DNA of 64,000 bases, taken from the NCBI GenBank assembly GCA_964512145.1, contig CAZEIM010000001.1:19094-83093 (forward strand), in the 5' to 3' direction. Both the position numbers and the translations under genes were made by a program. This DNA is from an uncultured Flavobacteriales bacterium. GTDB taxonomy: Bacteria > Bacteroidota > Bacteroidia > Flavobacteriales_G > JALEGO01. Below the pieces are notes generated by a model that was not told the DNA's origin, did not search any database, and saw only the letters and a list, made by a program, of their open reading frames with translations. Positions 10,108 to 20,097 of the stretch are shown in pieces; within the stretch, counting starts at the first letter, position 1, and the number at the start of each line of letters is the position of its first letter.

Positions 10108-10932
10108 TTAAGCTCTTGTATGAATTAAAGCATTATTTTTAAGCTCTTTTGCTAACTCTTTTCCTAAATACTTGTCTATACCAAAATGTACCAAATATAA
10201 CATTGGAGTAATACAAATAGAGATCAAAAATTTATAAATATACCCAAGAAAACCAATAACCATTACATTTTTTAAGCTCCAACCTGCCCCAATATAAAAT
10301 GCAATAAAAAGAACCACAAAGCTATCTATAAATTGTGATATAATGGTAGAACCGGTTGCTCTTAACCAAATCATTTTTTCACCTGTTTTTTGTTTAATTT
10401 TTTGAAAAATAAATACATCTACAAATTGACTGGTTAAAAATGCCGAAATAGATCCTACAATTATCCAAAGCCCCTGCCCAAAAACTAAACGGTAGGCAAT
10501 ATTATAGTCTCCCACTTTTTTTAGCAAAGCTTCTTTTTCTATAGAACCAACATTTGTTGGGATGTGGGATGTAATCCAAAAATCGGCCGGAGCTAATTGA
10601 ATACTTATGTAAAACATAACAAAGGAAAATAAAATAAAAAATGATGTTATAAAGGTTAGTAAACGAACTCCTTTTATACCAAAGTATTCGTTGATTACAT
10701 CGGTAAAAATAAATACAACTGGCCACAATAATACGCCTGCCGATAAATTAAAACTTAGATTATTTATCCCGGCAATATCTACATTTAAAGGTAAAAAACC
10801 CAATGTTTTTTCTAACGAAAATATCTTTACTCCCATAAACTCAGCAATAAGTGCATTGGTAATAAAAAATCCAGACAGAAAAATAAAAAGCACGTTTTCT
10901 TTTTTATTTAAAATGCTTACATTAGAGTACAT
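10108..10932 (-). CDS. yhhQ: Queuosine precursor transporter (YhhQ/VUT family, DUF165)
   Basis: It is a polytopic membrane protein. The blocks FIFTDVINEYFG and SQFVDVFIFQKIK...WLRATGSTIISQFIDSFVVLFIAFY match the YhhQ family pattern. Confidence 0.75.
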   Translation of the reverse strand: MYSNVSILNKKENVLFIFLSGFFITNALIAEFMGVKIFSLEKTLGFLPLNVDIAGINNLSFNLSAGVLLWPVVFIFTDVINEYFGIKGVRLLTFITSFFILFSFVMFYISIQLAPADFWITSHIPTNVGSIEKEALLKKVGDYNIAYRLVFGQGLWIIVGSISAFLTSQFVDVFIFQKIKQKTGEKMIWLRATGSTIISQFIDSFVVLFIAFYIGAGWSLKNVMVIGFLGYIYKFLISICITPMLYLVHFGIDKYLGKELAKELKNNALIHTRA

Positions 10933-10968
10933 GGTAATGTTTTTAACTAAAATAACACTTTTAAAGTT

Positions 10969-11331
10969 TTGAGGAGTATAAATACAAAATATTTAGGACT
11001 AACCGGAGAGCAAATAGCTTTAGAAAAACAAAAAAAAAAAGGGTATACTCTAGTTTTTCAAAATTTCCGCTGTCGCATTGGTGAAATTGATTTAGTGATG
11101 CTTTTGGACACTACATTGGTATTTGTAGAAGTAAAAACAAGAAGTAGTGATTTTTTTGGTTACCCGGAAGAGGCAGTTAGTAAACAAAAACAGGAAAAAT
11201 TAAGAAAATCTGCCGAATATTTTTTAGAAGAAACCTCTATTTTGTATAAAGAAGTTAGGTTTGATATTATTTCAATTATTCAAAATCATAAAGTTCAACA
11301 AATTCAACATTTTGAAGATGCTTTTTGGTGA
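10969..11331 (+). CDS. yraN: YraN family (UPF0102) endonuclease-like protein
   Basis: It contains GEQIALEKQKKKGYTLVFQNFRCRIGEIDLVM...VFVEVKTRSS, the PD-(D/E)xK-like core typical of YraN. The TTG start taken from the track is uncertain. Confidence 0.7.
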   Translation: MRSINTKYLGLTGEQIALEKQKKKGYTLVFQNFRCRIGEIDLVMLLDTTLVFVEVKTRSSDFFGYPEEAVSKQKQEKLRKSAEYFLEETSILYKEVRFDIISIIQNHKVQQIQHFEDAFW

Positions 11332-11334
11332 ATT

Positions 11335-11685
11335 TTATTTTGTCAAAAACTTCTTCCAAATTTTTTCTTGAAAAAAATAATGGTATACTAGAACCAATAA
11401 ACCCAATGAAAAAATACTTTTCGACCAGTTGTGTAATGAATTATCAAAAAATAATTCGCTAATCATCCAAATGGAGTTGGCTGTTATCCAACATGTAACA
11501 GCAATATTATGCATAAATTCGGTTAAAACAGGTTTGCTTTTTATGGTAATCCAACATGCCAGTAAAATAGTAGGAATAATCATAATAGTACCCATGGTTT
11601 TATATTGCATTATCCAACATATATCTTTTAATAACCACAATATGATGTGTATATTTTCAAATTTTCGTAATGGTTGTTGTATCAT
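11335..11685 (-). CDS. Hypothetical small membrane protein (about 4 TM segments)
   Basis: The 116-aa protein has four hydrophobic segments rich in Trp/Ile. I recognise no motif. Confidence 0.45.
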   Translation of the reverse strand: MIQQPLRKFENIHIILWLLKDICWIMQYKTMGTIMIIPTILLACWITIKSKPVLTEFMHNIAVTCWITANSIWMISELFFDNSLHNWSKSIFSLGLLVLVYHYFFQEKIWKKFLTK

Positions 11686-11719
11686 TTTAAATTAGTTGGG
11701 AATTTCGCTTCAAAATTAC

Positions 11720-11727
11720 TATTTTTG
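11720..11727 (+). promoter_or_regulatory. -7 box TATTTTTG (TAnnTTTG) upstream of queA, with a TTG 21 nt further upstream
   Basis: This is a motif match in the intergenic region, 19 nt before the ATG at 11746. Confidence 0.35.
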
Positions 11728-11745
11728 CACTGCTAAAAAATATAC

Positions 11746-12795
11746 ATGAAACTTTCTCAGTTTAAAATAAAGATTCCTAAAGAGCTTATTGCTCAACATC
11801 CCGTAGAAAATAGAGATGAAAGTCGTTTAATGGTAGTTCATAAAGATACCGGAAAAATTGAGCATAAAATATTTAAAGATTTAATTGATTATTTTGATGA
11901 GGGAGACTGCTTTATTTTAAATGACACAAGAGTATTCCCTGCTAGAATGTATGGAAATAAAGAAAAAACAGGTGCCAAAATAGAGGTTTTTTTGCTTCGA
12001 GAATTAAATAGAGAGAGTTTTTTGTGGGATGTACTTGTTGATCCTGCCAGAAAAATACGAATTGGAAATAAATTATACTTTGGTGAAGATGACTCGTTGG
12101 TAGCTGAAGTAATTGATAACACTACCTCAAGAGGTAGAACATTACGTTTCTTATACGATGGAACATATCCGGAGTTTAAAAAACTAATTACTGATTTAGG
12201 TGAAACCCCAATTCCAAAATATATTGAACGTAAGGTTGAACCAGAAGATGAAGAAAGATACCAAACTATATTTGCAAAACACGAAGGCGCAGTTGCTGCT
12301 CCTACCTCTTCTTTACATTTTAGCAAACATTTATTAAAAAGATTAGAAATAAAAGGGGTAGACTTAAATTTTTTAACGTTACATGTAGGTTTAGGTCATT
12401 TTAGACCGGTAGAAGTTGAAGATCTTACTAAGCATAAAACAGAATCTGAAGAACTGATTATATCTGAAGAAACAGCCGAAAAGGTTAATCAAGTTAAAAA
12501 TAATAAAAATAAAGTATGTGCTGTTGGAACTAGTGTAATGAGAGGAATTGAAACTTCTGTTTCTACCGATGGTACTTTAAAACCCTATAAAGGTTGGACT
12601 AATAAATTTATTTTCCCACCGTATGATTTTAGTGTGGCAAATTCGTTGATTACCAATTTTCATATGTCAGAATCAACCTTATTAATGATGACAGCTGCAT
12701 TTGGAGGGTATGATTTAATTATGAAAGCATATAAAGAAGCTATAAAAGAAAAATATAGATTTTTCTCTTATGGAGATGCTATGTTGATTTTGTGA
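11746..12795 (+). CDS. queA: S-adenosylmethionine:tRNA ribosyltransferase-isomerase
   Basis: It has the [19 protein letters not shown] start, [17 protein letters not shown] and [14 protein letters not shown] blocks characteristic of QueA. Confidence 0.9.
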   Translation: MKLSQFKIKIPKELIAQHPVENRDESRLMVVHKDTGKIEHKIFKDLIDYFDEGDCFILNDTRVFPARMYGNKEKTGAKIEVFLLRELNRESFLWDVLVDPARKIRIGNKLYFGEDDSLVAEVIDNTTSRGRTLRFLYDGTYPEFKKLITDLGETPIPKYIERKVEPEDEERYQTIFAKHEGAVAAPTSSLHFSKHLLKRLEIKGVDLNFLTLHVGLGHFRPVEVEDLTKHKTESEELIISEETAEKVNQVKNNKNKVCAVGTSVMRGIETSVSTDGTLKPYKGWTNKFIFPPYDFSVANSLITNFHMSESTLLMMTAAFGGYDLIMKAYKEAIKEKYRFFSYGDAMLIL

Positions 12796-13472
12796 CAGAA
12801 AAGTTTGCCTTAATAGTTGCGGGAGGAAAAGGAGAGAGGATGGGAGAAAAACTCCCCAAGCAGTTTATTGAAGTCAATAATCACCCAATTCTTTATTATA
12901 CTTTACAAAAATTTTACGCTGCAGTTCCTAATATAAGAGTTGTTTTGGTATTACCCAAAGAACATTTTTTTTACTGGAATAATATTTCTCAAAAATACTT
13001 TTTTACTCACTTAACTTTAGTTGAAGGAGGAAATACCAGGTTTCAGTCTGTACTTAATGGCTTACAATACATTCCTGATAATGTTACGGTTGCGGTTCAT
13101 GATGGAGTAAGGCCTTTAATCTCAGAAGATTTTATCCTACAAATATTTTTTGAAGCAGAAAATAAACACGCTGTAATACCTTATACTTTACCTGTAGACT
13201 CACTTAGAAAAGTAGAAAATAAAAAAAACTTCTCAATTAACAGAAGTGAATATGTTTGTGTGCAAACACCTCAATGTTTTAACTCAACTCTTTTGAAAAA
13301 TGCATATAGCCAAGTTACGTATCGAGAAGAATTAACTGATGATGCTACAGTGGTTGAAAAATTTGGGCATCCAATTTATTTGTTTCCGGGCGATTCAATG
13401 AATTTTAAAATTACTACTCCACACGATTTAGAATATTTTAGGTTTTTATTATCTAAAAAAAATAGTCTTTAG
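12792..13472 (+). CDS. ispD: 2-C-methyl-D-erythritol 4-phosphate cytidylyltransferase
   Basis: It has [19 protein letters not shown] at the N-terminus, VHDGVRP and QTPQCF. Its GTG start overlaps the queA stop (GTGA). Confidence 0.85.
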   Translation: MTEKFALIVAGGKGERMGEKLPKQFIEVNNHPILYYTLQKFYAAVPNIRVVLVLPKEHFFYWNNISQKYFFTHLTLVEGGNTRFQSVLNGLQYIPDNVTVAVHDGVRPLISEDFILQIFFEAENKHAVIPYTLPVDSLRKVENKKNFSINRSEYVCVQTPQCFNSTLLKNAYSQVTYREELTDDATVVEKFGHPIYLFPGDSMNFKITTPHDLEYFRFLLSKKNSL

Positions 13473-15319
13473 TACATACAATGATGTAATACATATCCTG
13501 AATTTTCAATTGGCTCTGTTTTTTTTATAATATTTTGCATTTCTTGGCTTAAGGTATAATAATTAGGACAAATTAAAAACGGTATTTTTTGAGATTTCAT
13601 GAAATTAACTTGTATTTGATTTGTAGTATATTTTTTTGGATATTTTTTTTGATAGGTATTTAATACACTTTTTTCAAACACTTGTTTTTCGTAAAATAAT
13701 TCTGGGATGTTCTTTGACCATTTGATATCCCATATATTTATACATACCGGATGATAATTAGTGATATATCTTTGAATGAAGGCAAATGGCACATATACAT
13801 TTATGTTTTTTTCATACATGGTATTTATTGTATTGGTATCAGCCATAAAAGCAAATTTTTTGGCAGCCGATTCTTGCGTGATGTTCAAAAAATAATGACT
13901 AATTTTCCCATGTTCAAACGTTTCATGGATAGGTATGTATTTTTTGTAATGTTGTATGCTATTCCATATTAACCATACAATACAAATCATGCTTAATATA
14001 ATCTTATTTAATGCAAAAGCATTATATATAAAAATATTGATAAAAATAGCACCTAACCAAATATACAGTATGCACCACAACTGTATGCTATCAAAATAAT
14101 TACTCATCAATGCATACAATAAAGTTCCACTTACAATAAAAATAGAAAACCAAAACATTATTTTTTTTATATGATGTAATTTATAGATATAAGACAGAAA
14201 AATAGGAGCAATAAAGCTCATAAAGGAAAATTGCACAACATATTTCCATTCACCTATTTTTTTGATAAAATTTTCAATGTTTACTTTTTGTAAATTATCG
14301 TTCACCATGTTTTTATATGAATAATTATCTAAAAAAACATATAGTATTAACCAATACACCAAAAATCCCCATGTCGTTTTTAGTATGGTACGATTCAGTA
14401 ATTTATTTTTTTGAAAAAATGAATATAAATACAGTTCTAATAATCCCAAATAAATACTGGGCAACCATACACTATTTATAAATGAACTCACCTGTATAAA
14501 TATTAATCCTTGAAAATATTTTTTTTCAATACATAAAAAAATTCCAAATATCAAAAAAGGTATTGCTAGGAGTCCTTTTTTTCCGAAATACCCCAATACC
14601 GGTTCATTATAACCAATAGCATGAATATTAAATATATAGATGCCGCTTACAATATATAAGATAAACGGTGCTAATACAGCCCACCACCTATAGGGATTAT
14701 ATTGACATATTATTTGATATATGATATATTGCATTAAAGCAAAACATATACTCGGAAAAAACACTTTAAAGCATAATACGGTAGATTTTCCGGTCATTAA
14801 TTTAATCCATCCGGTAAACCAAAGTTCACCGAAGTGATAAAAAATCTCTCTCTTATTGGTTTCATATGAAAAATAGTCAATGATGGTGTTTTCTTTTCCT
14901 GAATACATCAGGTAATCTGTTAAAGAAACATAAAACCACTCATCTGAGTTTAAGGTATTAAATATCACTTTATTTAAAGAGTTATACTGAAAAGAAAAAA
15001 ACAATGTGCTAAAAAACAGGTATACTATAAATATTTTAGGAAAGGATTGATGCTTTTTTATATCATAATTATTGCTTTTATCTGTATGTAAAAAATGAAA
15101 TACAAAAAATATTATTAGTCCAATAAATATGGTGCTGCCTTTTGTAAATAGTACAGAAGCAAAAAAAATGTGTAAGATGATTCCGGTTAGTACATTAAAA
15201 ATAAAAAGGTATTTAACATCAACAAAACACTTTTTTAAGATATATCTAGAATAGAAATATCCCGAAAGATATAGTATAAAAAATAGGACAAAAACCCAAA
15301 TTAGGTTTAAAAGCAGCAA
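13469..15319 (-). CDS. Large polytopic membrane protein of unknown function (12 or more TM segments plus a ~150-aa C-terminal soluble domain)
   Basis: The 616-aa protein is extremely hydrophobic and F/I/Y/L-rich for ~460 aa, followed by a hydrophilic tail. This architecture is reminiscent of GT-C-type glycosyltransferases or polymerases, but I see no diagnostic motif. Confidence 0.6.
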   Translation of the reverse strand: MLLLNLIWVFVLFFILYLSGYFYSRYILKKCFVDVKYLFIFNVLTGIILHIFFASVLFTKGSTIFIGLIIFFVFHFLHTDKSNNYDIKKHQSFPKIFIVYLFFSTLFFSFQYNSLNKVIFNTLNSDEWFYVSLTDYLMYSGKENTIIDYFSYETNKREIFYHFGELWFTGWIKLMTGKSTVLCFKVFFPSICFALMQYIIYQIICQYNPYRWWAVLAPFILYIVSGIYIFNIHAIGYNEPVLGYFGKKGLLAIPFLIFGIFLCIEKKYFQGLIFIQVSSFINSVWLPSIYLGLLELYLYSFFQKNKLLNRTILKTTWGFLVYWLILYVFLDNYSYKNMVNDNLQKVNIENFIKKIGEWKYVVQFSFMSFIAPIFLSYIYKLHHIKKIMFWFSIFIVSGTLLYALMSNYFDSIQLWCILYIWLGAIFINIFIYNAFALNKIILSMICIVWLIWNSIQHYKKYIPIHETFEHGKISHYFLNITQESAAKKFAFMADTNTINTMYEKNINVYVPFAFIQRYITNYHPVCINIWDIKWSKNIPELFYEKQVFEKSVLNTYQKKYPKKYTTNQIQVNFMKSQKIPFLICPNYYTLSQEMQNIIKKTEPIENSGYVLHHCMY

Positions 15320-15327
15320 ATAATTAA

Positions 15328-15810
15328 TTACTTAATTTTATAACCTAAGGTTAAAATTAAACATCCCTTTGCTTCAGCACCTTCTGCAGGAGGCACATGA
15401 TAGTCGATGTAGAGTTTTCTGTATGACTTTTCAGGATCAAATACATACTGATCGTTTACTTTTTGAGATTCTTTAGATGAAAACAGTAATTTTCTGTCTT
15501 TAGATTCGTATTTTTTATCGTAAACTTCAATGTCTACATTTTGTGGAAGACCTTCCATACTAAAAATAAATCTGTATTTTTCACCTACGTATAAAGGAAC
15601 TTCTAATTCTTTAAATTGCATTTTAGATCCAAAAACCAAATGTGTTGTTTTTGAAGCATCATAACTATATATAGGCTTTAAAGTTTCTTTTGCTTTGTTT
15701 TTTATATTTAAAGCATCACAAGTGGTAGTAGTTTGCTCATCATCTGAAGTAAAGGCAAACGTTAAAAATGTAACCAATGCTATTAATAAAGTGTAAAATC
15801 TAGTATTCAT
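15328..15810 (-). CDS. Hypothetical secreted protein (160 aa)
   Basis: It has an N-terminal signal peptide (MNTRFYTLLIALVTFLTFAFT). The body is rich in predicted beta-strand. It lies 8 nt upstream of the 616-aa membrane protein on the same strand. Confidence 0.55.
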   Translation of the reverse strand: MNTRFYTLLIALVTFLTFAFTSDDEQTTTTCDALNIKNKAKETLKPIYSYDASKTTHLVFGSKMQFKELEVPLYVGEKYRFIFSMEGLPQNVDIEVYDKKYESKDRKLLFSSKESQKVNDQYVFDPEKSYRKLYIDYHVPPAEGAEAKGCLILTLGYKIK

Positions 15811-15830
15811 AGGATTTTTGTATAATTAAA

Positions 15831-16679
15831 TTATTGAGATACTATGTAAGTTCTTAATTCATCCATTTTTTGTGATAATTTTTTTATTTCATCACCGGTT
15901 AATTGAACTTCATCCATTGGGATATCATCAAAGTTTCTACCCTTAACATATTCAAAATTAAGTACGATTTGCTCTAATTCCGTTAAATGCTTTTGTACTT
16001 GCTGTAACTCTACTTCATGTATTTGAGGATGTACTTTTAATGCTCTTAGAATTAATTCCAACATATTGGTTTGCTCCATCAAATGTTGTGTTAATTTAAC
16101 ATTATCGGAAGACTCAAGCACCTTTGTACCAATATAAATAGCTTCAATCCAGCCTCCTAAAAAATAAATGGTACCCATGTGCTCAGATTGAGTGTTTTGT
16201 AAATGATCATCTAATCTTTCTTGAACGCTTGCTAATACCTTAATTAGCGAGTCCTCGTTACCAAGGTTTTTTTCGAAACTTTCAAATAAATTTTCCGCAT
16301 TAAAAACAGCTGTAATTCCTAATTCAGAACTTAAAGATTTTACACTTTTTAAATAACTCATAGCTTTTGGATTTTGATTATTCAATACGCAATAAGCTAG
16401 ATCAGCACCATATACGCCAAAATTTAATGATTTGGACATTTGAGAGTCGTAATTAGAAATATTTTCAGGATTATTAGTAATATTATCAATGTATATTAAT
16501 CCTGATTTTTTAAAAATTGAAGCCACCTGTAATGGAGAAGGGAAAATAATGTTTTGTTCTACAACAGGCGATTCTGTTGTGTCTACCTGATCAAGGTTAT
16601 TTTCTTCACTATCTGTATTATTACATGAGAAAAACGCAACAAATGAAAGTGCGTAGATAAAAAACAATATTTTTTTCAT
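15831..16679 (-). CDS. Hypothetical lipoprotein (282 aa, mainly helical)
   Basis: It has a signal peptide with lipobox (FVAFFSC) and an acidic linker, followed by a helix-rich body. It is the first gene of a same-strand trio. Confidence 0.6.
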   Translation of the reverse strand: MKKILFFIYALSFVAFFSCNNTDSEENNLDQVDTTESPVVEQNIIFPSPLQVASIFKKSGLIYIDNITNNPENISNYDSQMSKSLNFGVYGADLAYCVLNNQNPKAMSYLKSVKSLSSELGITAVFNAENLFESFEKNLGNEDSLIKVLASVQERLDDHLQNTQSEHMGTIYFLGGWIEAIYIGTKVLESSDNVKLTQHLMEQTNMLELILRALKVHPQIHEVELQQVQKHLTELEQIVLNFEYVKGRNFDDIPMDEVQLTGDEIKKLSQKMDELRTYIVSQ

Positions 16680-16741
16680 TGTATTTTTTTTGCTAAACTA
16701 TAATTTTTTTTTCTATCTTGGATGATGTAATTAAAATTTTT

Positions 16742-17305
16742 ATGAAGAATCGTTTTTTTTTAATTTTAAAGAACAAAATTTTTGCTGTTTTAGGAATTTT
16801 ATTTTTTGTTGTTTCTTGCTCAACAATTAATAAAAACGAAAGTAGTACATCATCATCTCATAATGTTGTTGAAAATAATATACCAGATAATTCCATGTTG
16901 TTGGATTTATCACCATATTTTTATCCTTTACAGGTATTTATTCCTGATAGTAGTAAAGGAGAATTAGAGGTTGAGTCTAATACTGATTATGTACAAATTA
17001 AAGTTGGTGAAGTTTTTAATATTGAGTTGAAATATGGCGGAGATATTGCTTTAAAAAAGGAAGATTTAAAAAATGATTTATTATATTTATTTGAAGTTAT
17101 TAATGAAGATGAAGAAACATTAATATATTCGCAAACATTACCGGATAAATCAAATACTTTTTATCATTTTTATGCCGTTAAAAATATTGATGGAGAAACT
17201 TATGAAATATCGGATGTTTCTTTAGATAAAGCATTTTCTAAAAAAAGGATTGAAAAAATGGTTGAGTATATACGAACATTAAGTTCCAATAAACCAAAGG
17301 TTTAA
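16742..17305 (+). CDS. Hypothetical lipoprotein
   Basis: The ATG at 16742 gives MKNRFFLILKNKIFAVLGILFFVVSCS, a signal peptide with lipobox. The track TTG start at 16718 is less likely. Confidence 0.55.
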   Translation: MKNRFFLILKNKIFAVLGILFFVVSCSTINKNESSTSSSHNVVENNIPDNSMLLDLSPYFYPLQVFIPDSSKGELEVESNTDYVQIKVGEVFNIELKYGGDIALKKEDLKNDLLYLFEVINEDEETLIYSQTLPDKSNTFYHFYAVKNIDGETYEISDVSLDKAFSKKRIEKMVEYIRTLSSNKPKV

Positions 17306-17306
17306 T

Positions 17307-18491
17307 TTAAACAATTGTTTCAAAAATTTTTTCAGCAACTTGTTTTTTACTTAATAATGGCAGTTTAGTTATTTCTTTTGATTTTGAAATAATGCTTACT
17401 TTATTGGTGTCTGTTCCAAAACCTGCTCCTTTATCATTTAGACTATTTAAAATAATGTAGTCTAAATTTTTTTTCTGTATTTTTTCTTTAGCATTTTCAA
17501 GTTCATGATCTGTTTCTAAAGCAAATCCACATAATACTTGTCCTTTTTGTTTGTTTTTTCCTAAGTACTCTAATATATCGATATTTTTTTCTAGTTCAAT
17601 AGTAGGTTGAGCATCCTTATTTTTTTTAATTTTTTTTGAACTTATTTCCTTTGGTTTAAAATCAGCAACAGCAGCCGACATTATTATTATATCTTGATGT
17701 TTTGAGTTTTTTTTGCATTCTAAAAACATTTCATCGGCACTCAATACATTAATTCTTTTTATTAAAGGATTAGTGTTTAATTGCACAGGTCCGGATATTA
17801 GTATAACCTCTGCACCCATTTCAAAAGCAACTTCTGCTATAGCAAAGCCCATTTTTCCACTCGAAAAATTACCAATGTATCGCACAGGATCTATTTTTTC
17901 GTAGGTTGGACCAGCAGTTACAAGAACTTTTTTTCCGGATAGCTTACTTTTTTTTTTTAAATAATGGCTAATTTCCTTTAAAATATCTTCCGGCTCTAAC
18001 ATTCTGCCTTCACCCTCTAAGCCACTTGCTAAAGATCCTTTAGGAGATGGTAATACATATACTCCATGTTTATGTAAAGTCATCATGTTTTCTTTTGAAG
18101 TTATATGATGGTACATATCTACATCCATAGCAGGAGCAACCATCACTTTGCATTTACAAGATAAGTAAGTAGCAAGCAATAACTCATCACATAAACCATG
18201 AGCCATTTTTGCGATGGTGTTGGCTGTAGCTGGTGCAAGTATAAAAATATCAGCCCACATACCCAATTCAACATGGTTATTCCAGGTATTTTGAGTAGAA
18301 AATTCTGAGTACACCTCATTTTTACTGAGTACTGAAAATAATAATGGTGTAACAAATTTTTGAGACTCTTTAGTTAATATAACTCGAACATCCGCACCTT
18401 GTTGAGTAAGTAAACGAACTAAATGAGCTGATTTATATGCTGCAATACTTCCGCAGACACCTAAAAGGATTTTTTTACCTTTTAAGAGCAT
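17307..18491 (-). CDS. coaBC: Bifunctional phosphopantothenoylcysteine decarboxylase / phosphopantothenate-cysteine ligase
   Basis: It has the N-terminal flavoprotein motif LGVCGSIAAYK, PAMDVDMY, and a C-terminal CoaB domain (AGPTYEKIDPVRYIGNFSSGKMG, AAVADF). Confidence 0.9.
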   Translation of the reverse strand: MLLKGKKILLGVCGSIAAYKSAHLVRLLTQQGADVRVILTKESQKFVTPLLFSVLSKNEVYSEFSTQNTWNNHVELGMWADIFILAPATANTIAKMAHGLCDELLLATYLSCKCKVMVAPAMDVDMYHHITSKENMMTLHKHGVYVLPSPKGSLASGLEGEGRMLEPEDILKEISHYLKKKSKLSGKKVLVTAGPTYEKIDPVRYIGNFSSGKMGFAIAEVAFEMGAEVILISGPVQLNTNPLIKRINVLSADEMFLECKKNSKHQDIIIMSAAVADFKPKEISSKKIKKNKDAQPTIELEKNIDILEYLGKNKQKGQVLCGFALETDHELENAKEKIQKKNLDYIILNSLNDKGAGFGTDTNKVSIISKSKEITKLPLLSKKQVAEKIFETIV

Positions 18492-18495
18492 AGTA

Positions 18496-18828
18496 TTATG
18501 CTTGTGTATTGTTTTCTTCTACCTTTCTAAAGTATATTTTGTCGTTTAAGAATTCTTCAATAGCAATGGCATTAGGTTTAGGGAGTCTTTCATAAAATCT
18601 TGAGATTTCAATTTGCTCTCTATTTTCAAAAATTTCTTCTAAATTGTCTACATTAGATGAGAATTCAATCAACTTATCATCTAACTCTTCTTTCATTTTT
18701 GATTGAATTTGATTAGCTCTTTTCGAAATAACCACTAAGGATTCGTATAAGTTTCCTGTTTTTTTATCAAAACTAGACTGATCTCTTGTAATAGTGGTTG
18801 GTTGAGCGTTTGTTTTTTTGAAATCCAT
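18496..18828 (-). CDS. rpoZ: DNA-directed RNA polymerase subunit omega (Bacteroidota type)
   Basis: The 110-aa protein contains GNLYESLVVISKRANQI...EQIEISRFYERLPKPNAIAIEEFLNDKIYFR. It sits in the conserved position between bamD and coaBC. Confidence 0.7.
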   Translation of the reverse strand: MDFKKTNAQPTTITRDQSSFDKKTGNLYESLVVISKRANQIQSKMKEELDDKLIEFSSNVDNLEEIFENREQIEISRFYERLPKPNAIAIEEFLNDKIYFRKVEENNTQA

Positions 18829-18834
18829 AATATA

Positions 18835-19638
18835 TCAAATTGCTTTAATTGTTTTTGTCGCTTTTTCGTATAAACTTTCTAACTCTTTTAAATAATTACT
18901 GGTTGAGTAATTATCTGCAAATTTAATATAAGAATTTATAAAATCCTCATATCGTTGTTTTTTTTTGCTTTCAATACTGTTTTGTGCCAACAAAAACTTA
19001 CTTTTTATAACATAATATTCGATTTTTTCTTTCGAATCAATATCCGGGTAATTTTCGAGGAGACTGTTAAAGGCTATAATTGCTGACTTATAATTTTCGG
19101 TATGATAATATAAATAGGCGTTTTCGTATGCTTTTTTTTCTAATTTATCCCGAAGTTTATCCATTATTACATTGCATGAATCAATTCTGGAACTTGTTGG
19201 ATAAAGATTCATAAACATTTGCAATTCTTCTATTGCAGTATAAGTTTCGGTCTGATCTAATGAAAAATTGGGGGATGTTAAGTAATTGCAATATGCCGAC
19301 ATAAAAAGAGCTTCTTCACTCCATTGGCTTCCAGGATATCGTTTGTAAAAAATATTAAATCGTGTAGCAGCTAACGTATAATCTCCCAAATGATAATCGC
19401 AATATGCCAAATAATAATACAGTTTTTCTGCTTTATTAGTTCCATTAAAAACGCCTAATAACTCGTCAATAAGTTGATAAGCCCTGTAATAATCATTTTC
19501 TTCGTAATATTTTACAGCGGCATCATATTTTAGGTTGTAATCGGTAGATTTTAATAATTTCCCATATTCATTGCAAGATGAAATAATACCCAAAAAAGTT
19601 AGAAAAAGTATATAGCGACTAATTTTTTGAATTAACAT
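18835..19638 (-). CDS. bamD: Outer membrane protein assembly factor BamD (TPR lipoprotein)
   Basis: The internal ATG at 19638 gives a canonical lipoprotein signal, MLIQKISRYILFLTFLGIISSC. The body has TPR-like Y/A-rich repeats. The track start at 19698 adds 20 unlikely residues. Confidence 0.7.
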   Translation of the reverse strand: MLIQKISRYILFLTFLGIISSCNEYGKLLKSTDYNLKYDAAVKYYEENDYYRAYQLIDELLGVFNGTNKAEKLYYYLAYCDYHLGDYTLAATRFNIFYKRYPGSQWSEEALFMSAYCNYLTSPNFSLDQTETYTAIEELQMFMNLYPTSSRIDSCNVIMDKLRDKLEKKAYENAYLYYHTENYKSAIIAFNSLLENYPDIDSKEKIEYYVIKSKFLLAQNSIESKKKQRYEDFINSYIKFADNYSTSNYLKELESLYEKATKTIKAI

Positions 19639-19858
19639 GTAACAAAGATAGAAAAGAGTTTGGAAAATATTTAGGTAATAACTATATATTCTAAACATTA
19701 TTTATGCATTTACAAAAAATGTATATTTTAATTTATTTTAAAAATATTTATCCCGTTTTTTATGCCGTTTAATATTTTTTAACAGCCATTTAATAATTGG
19801 CACCCCATTTGTAAGCAACTTATTTGTATTTTAACGTTACATTATAAAATAGTAGGTT

Positions 19859-20023
19859 ATGAAAAAAGTCAGAAATATTATTCACCAAATTCTGAATAAG
19901 CAGAAGTTGGATAAGCAATTAAAGATGGAAGACAGTTCATATATTGATAAAAACATTTTAGAAAAAGATTACCAACATATGCTTCCTGGGGGCAAAGTGA
20001 TTATTACGATTTATTTAAACTAA
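19859..20023 (+). CDS. Possible small ORF (54 aa), unknown function
   Basis: This ATG-to-TAA ORF (MKKVRNIIHQILNKQKL...KVIITIYLN) falls below the track length cutoff. It lies in the bamD-fabH gap. No motif supports it. Confidence 0.25.
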   Translation: MKKVRNIIHQILNKQKLDKQLKMEDSSYIDKNILEKDYQHMLPGGKVIITIYLN

Positions 20024-20097
20024 AATTTTTGTTTTTTTTCAAAACAATTTATCAAAGTAAAAAAAAATGATTAGGTTAGCAGTAAATTTAAATTGTT

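Noticed and set aside
10933-10968. A possible preQ1 riboswitch upstream of the yhhQ transporter gene.
   Set aside because: Only 36 nt separate yhhQ from the divergent yraN start. The sequence shows neither the short P1 stem nor the conserved loop and A-rich tail arrangement of preQ1-I/II aptamers.
11039-11049. An 11-nt poly(A) tract in yraN, and similar homopolymers elsewhere, as possible phase-variation switches.
   Set aside because: Such tracts encode Lys runs and are common throughout this AT-rich sequence. This one is not positioned at the 5' end of a surface-protein gene, and nothing in a single sequence shows length variation.
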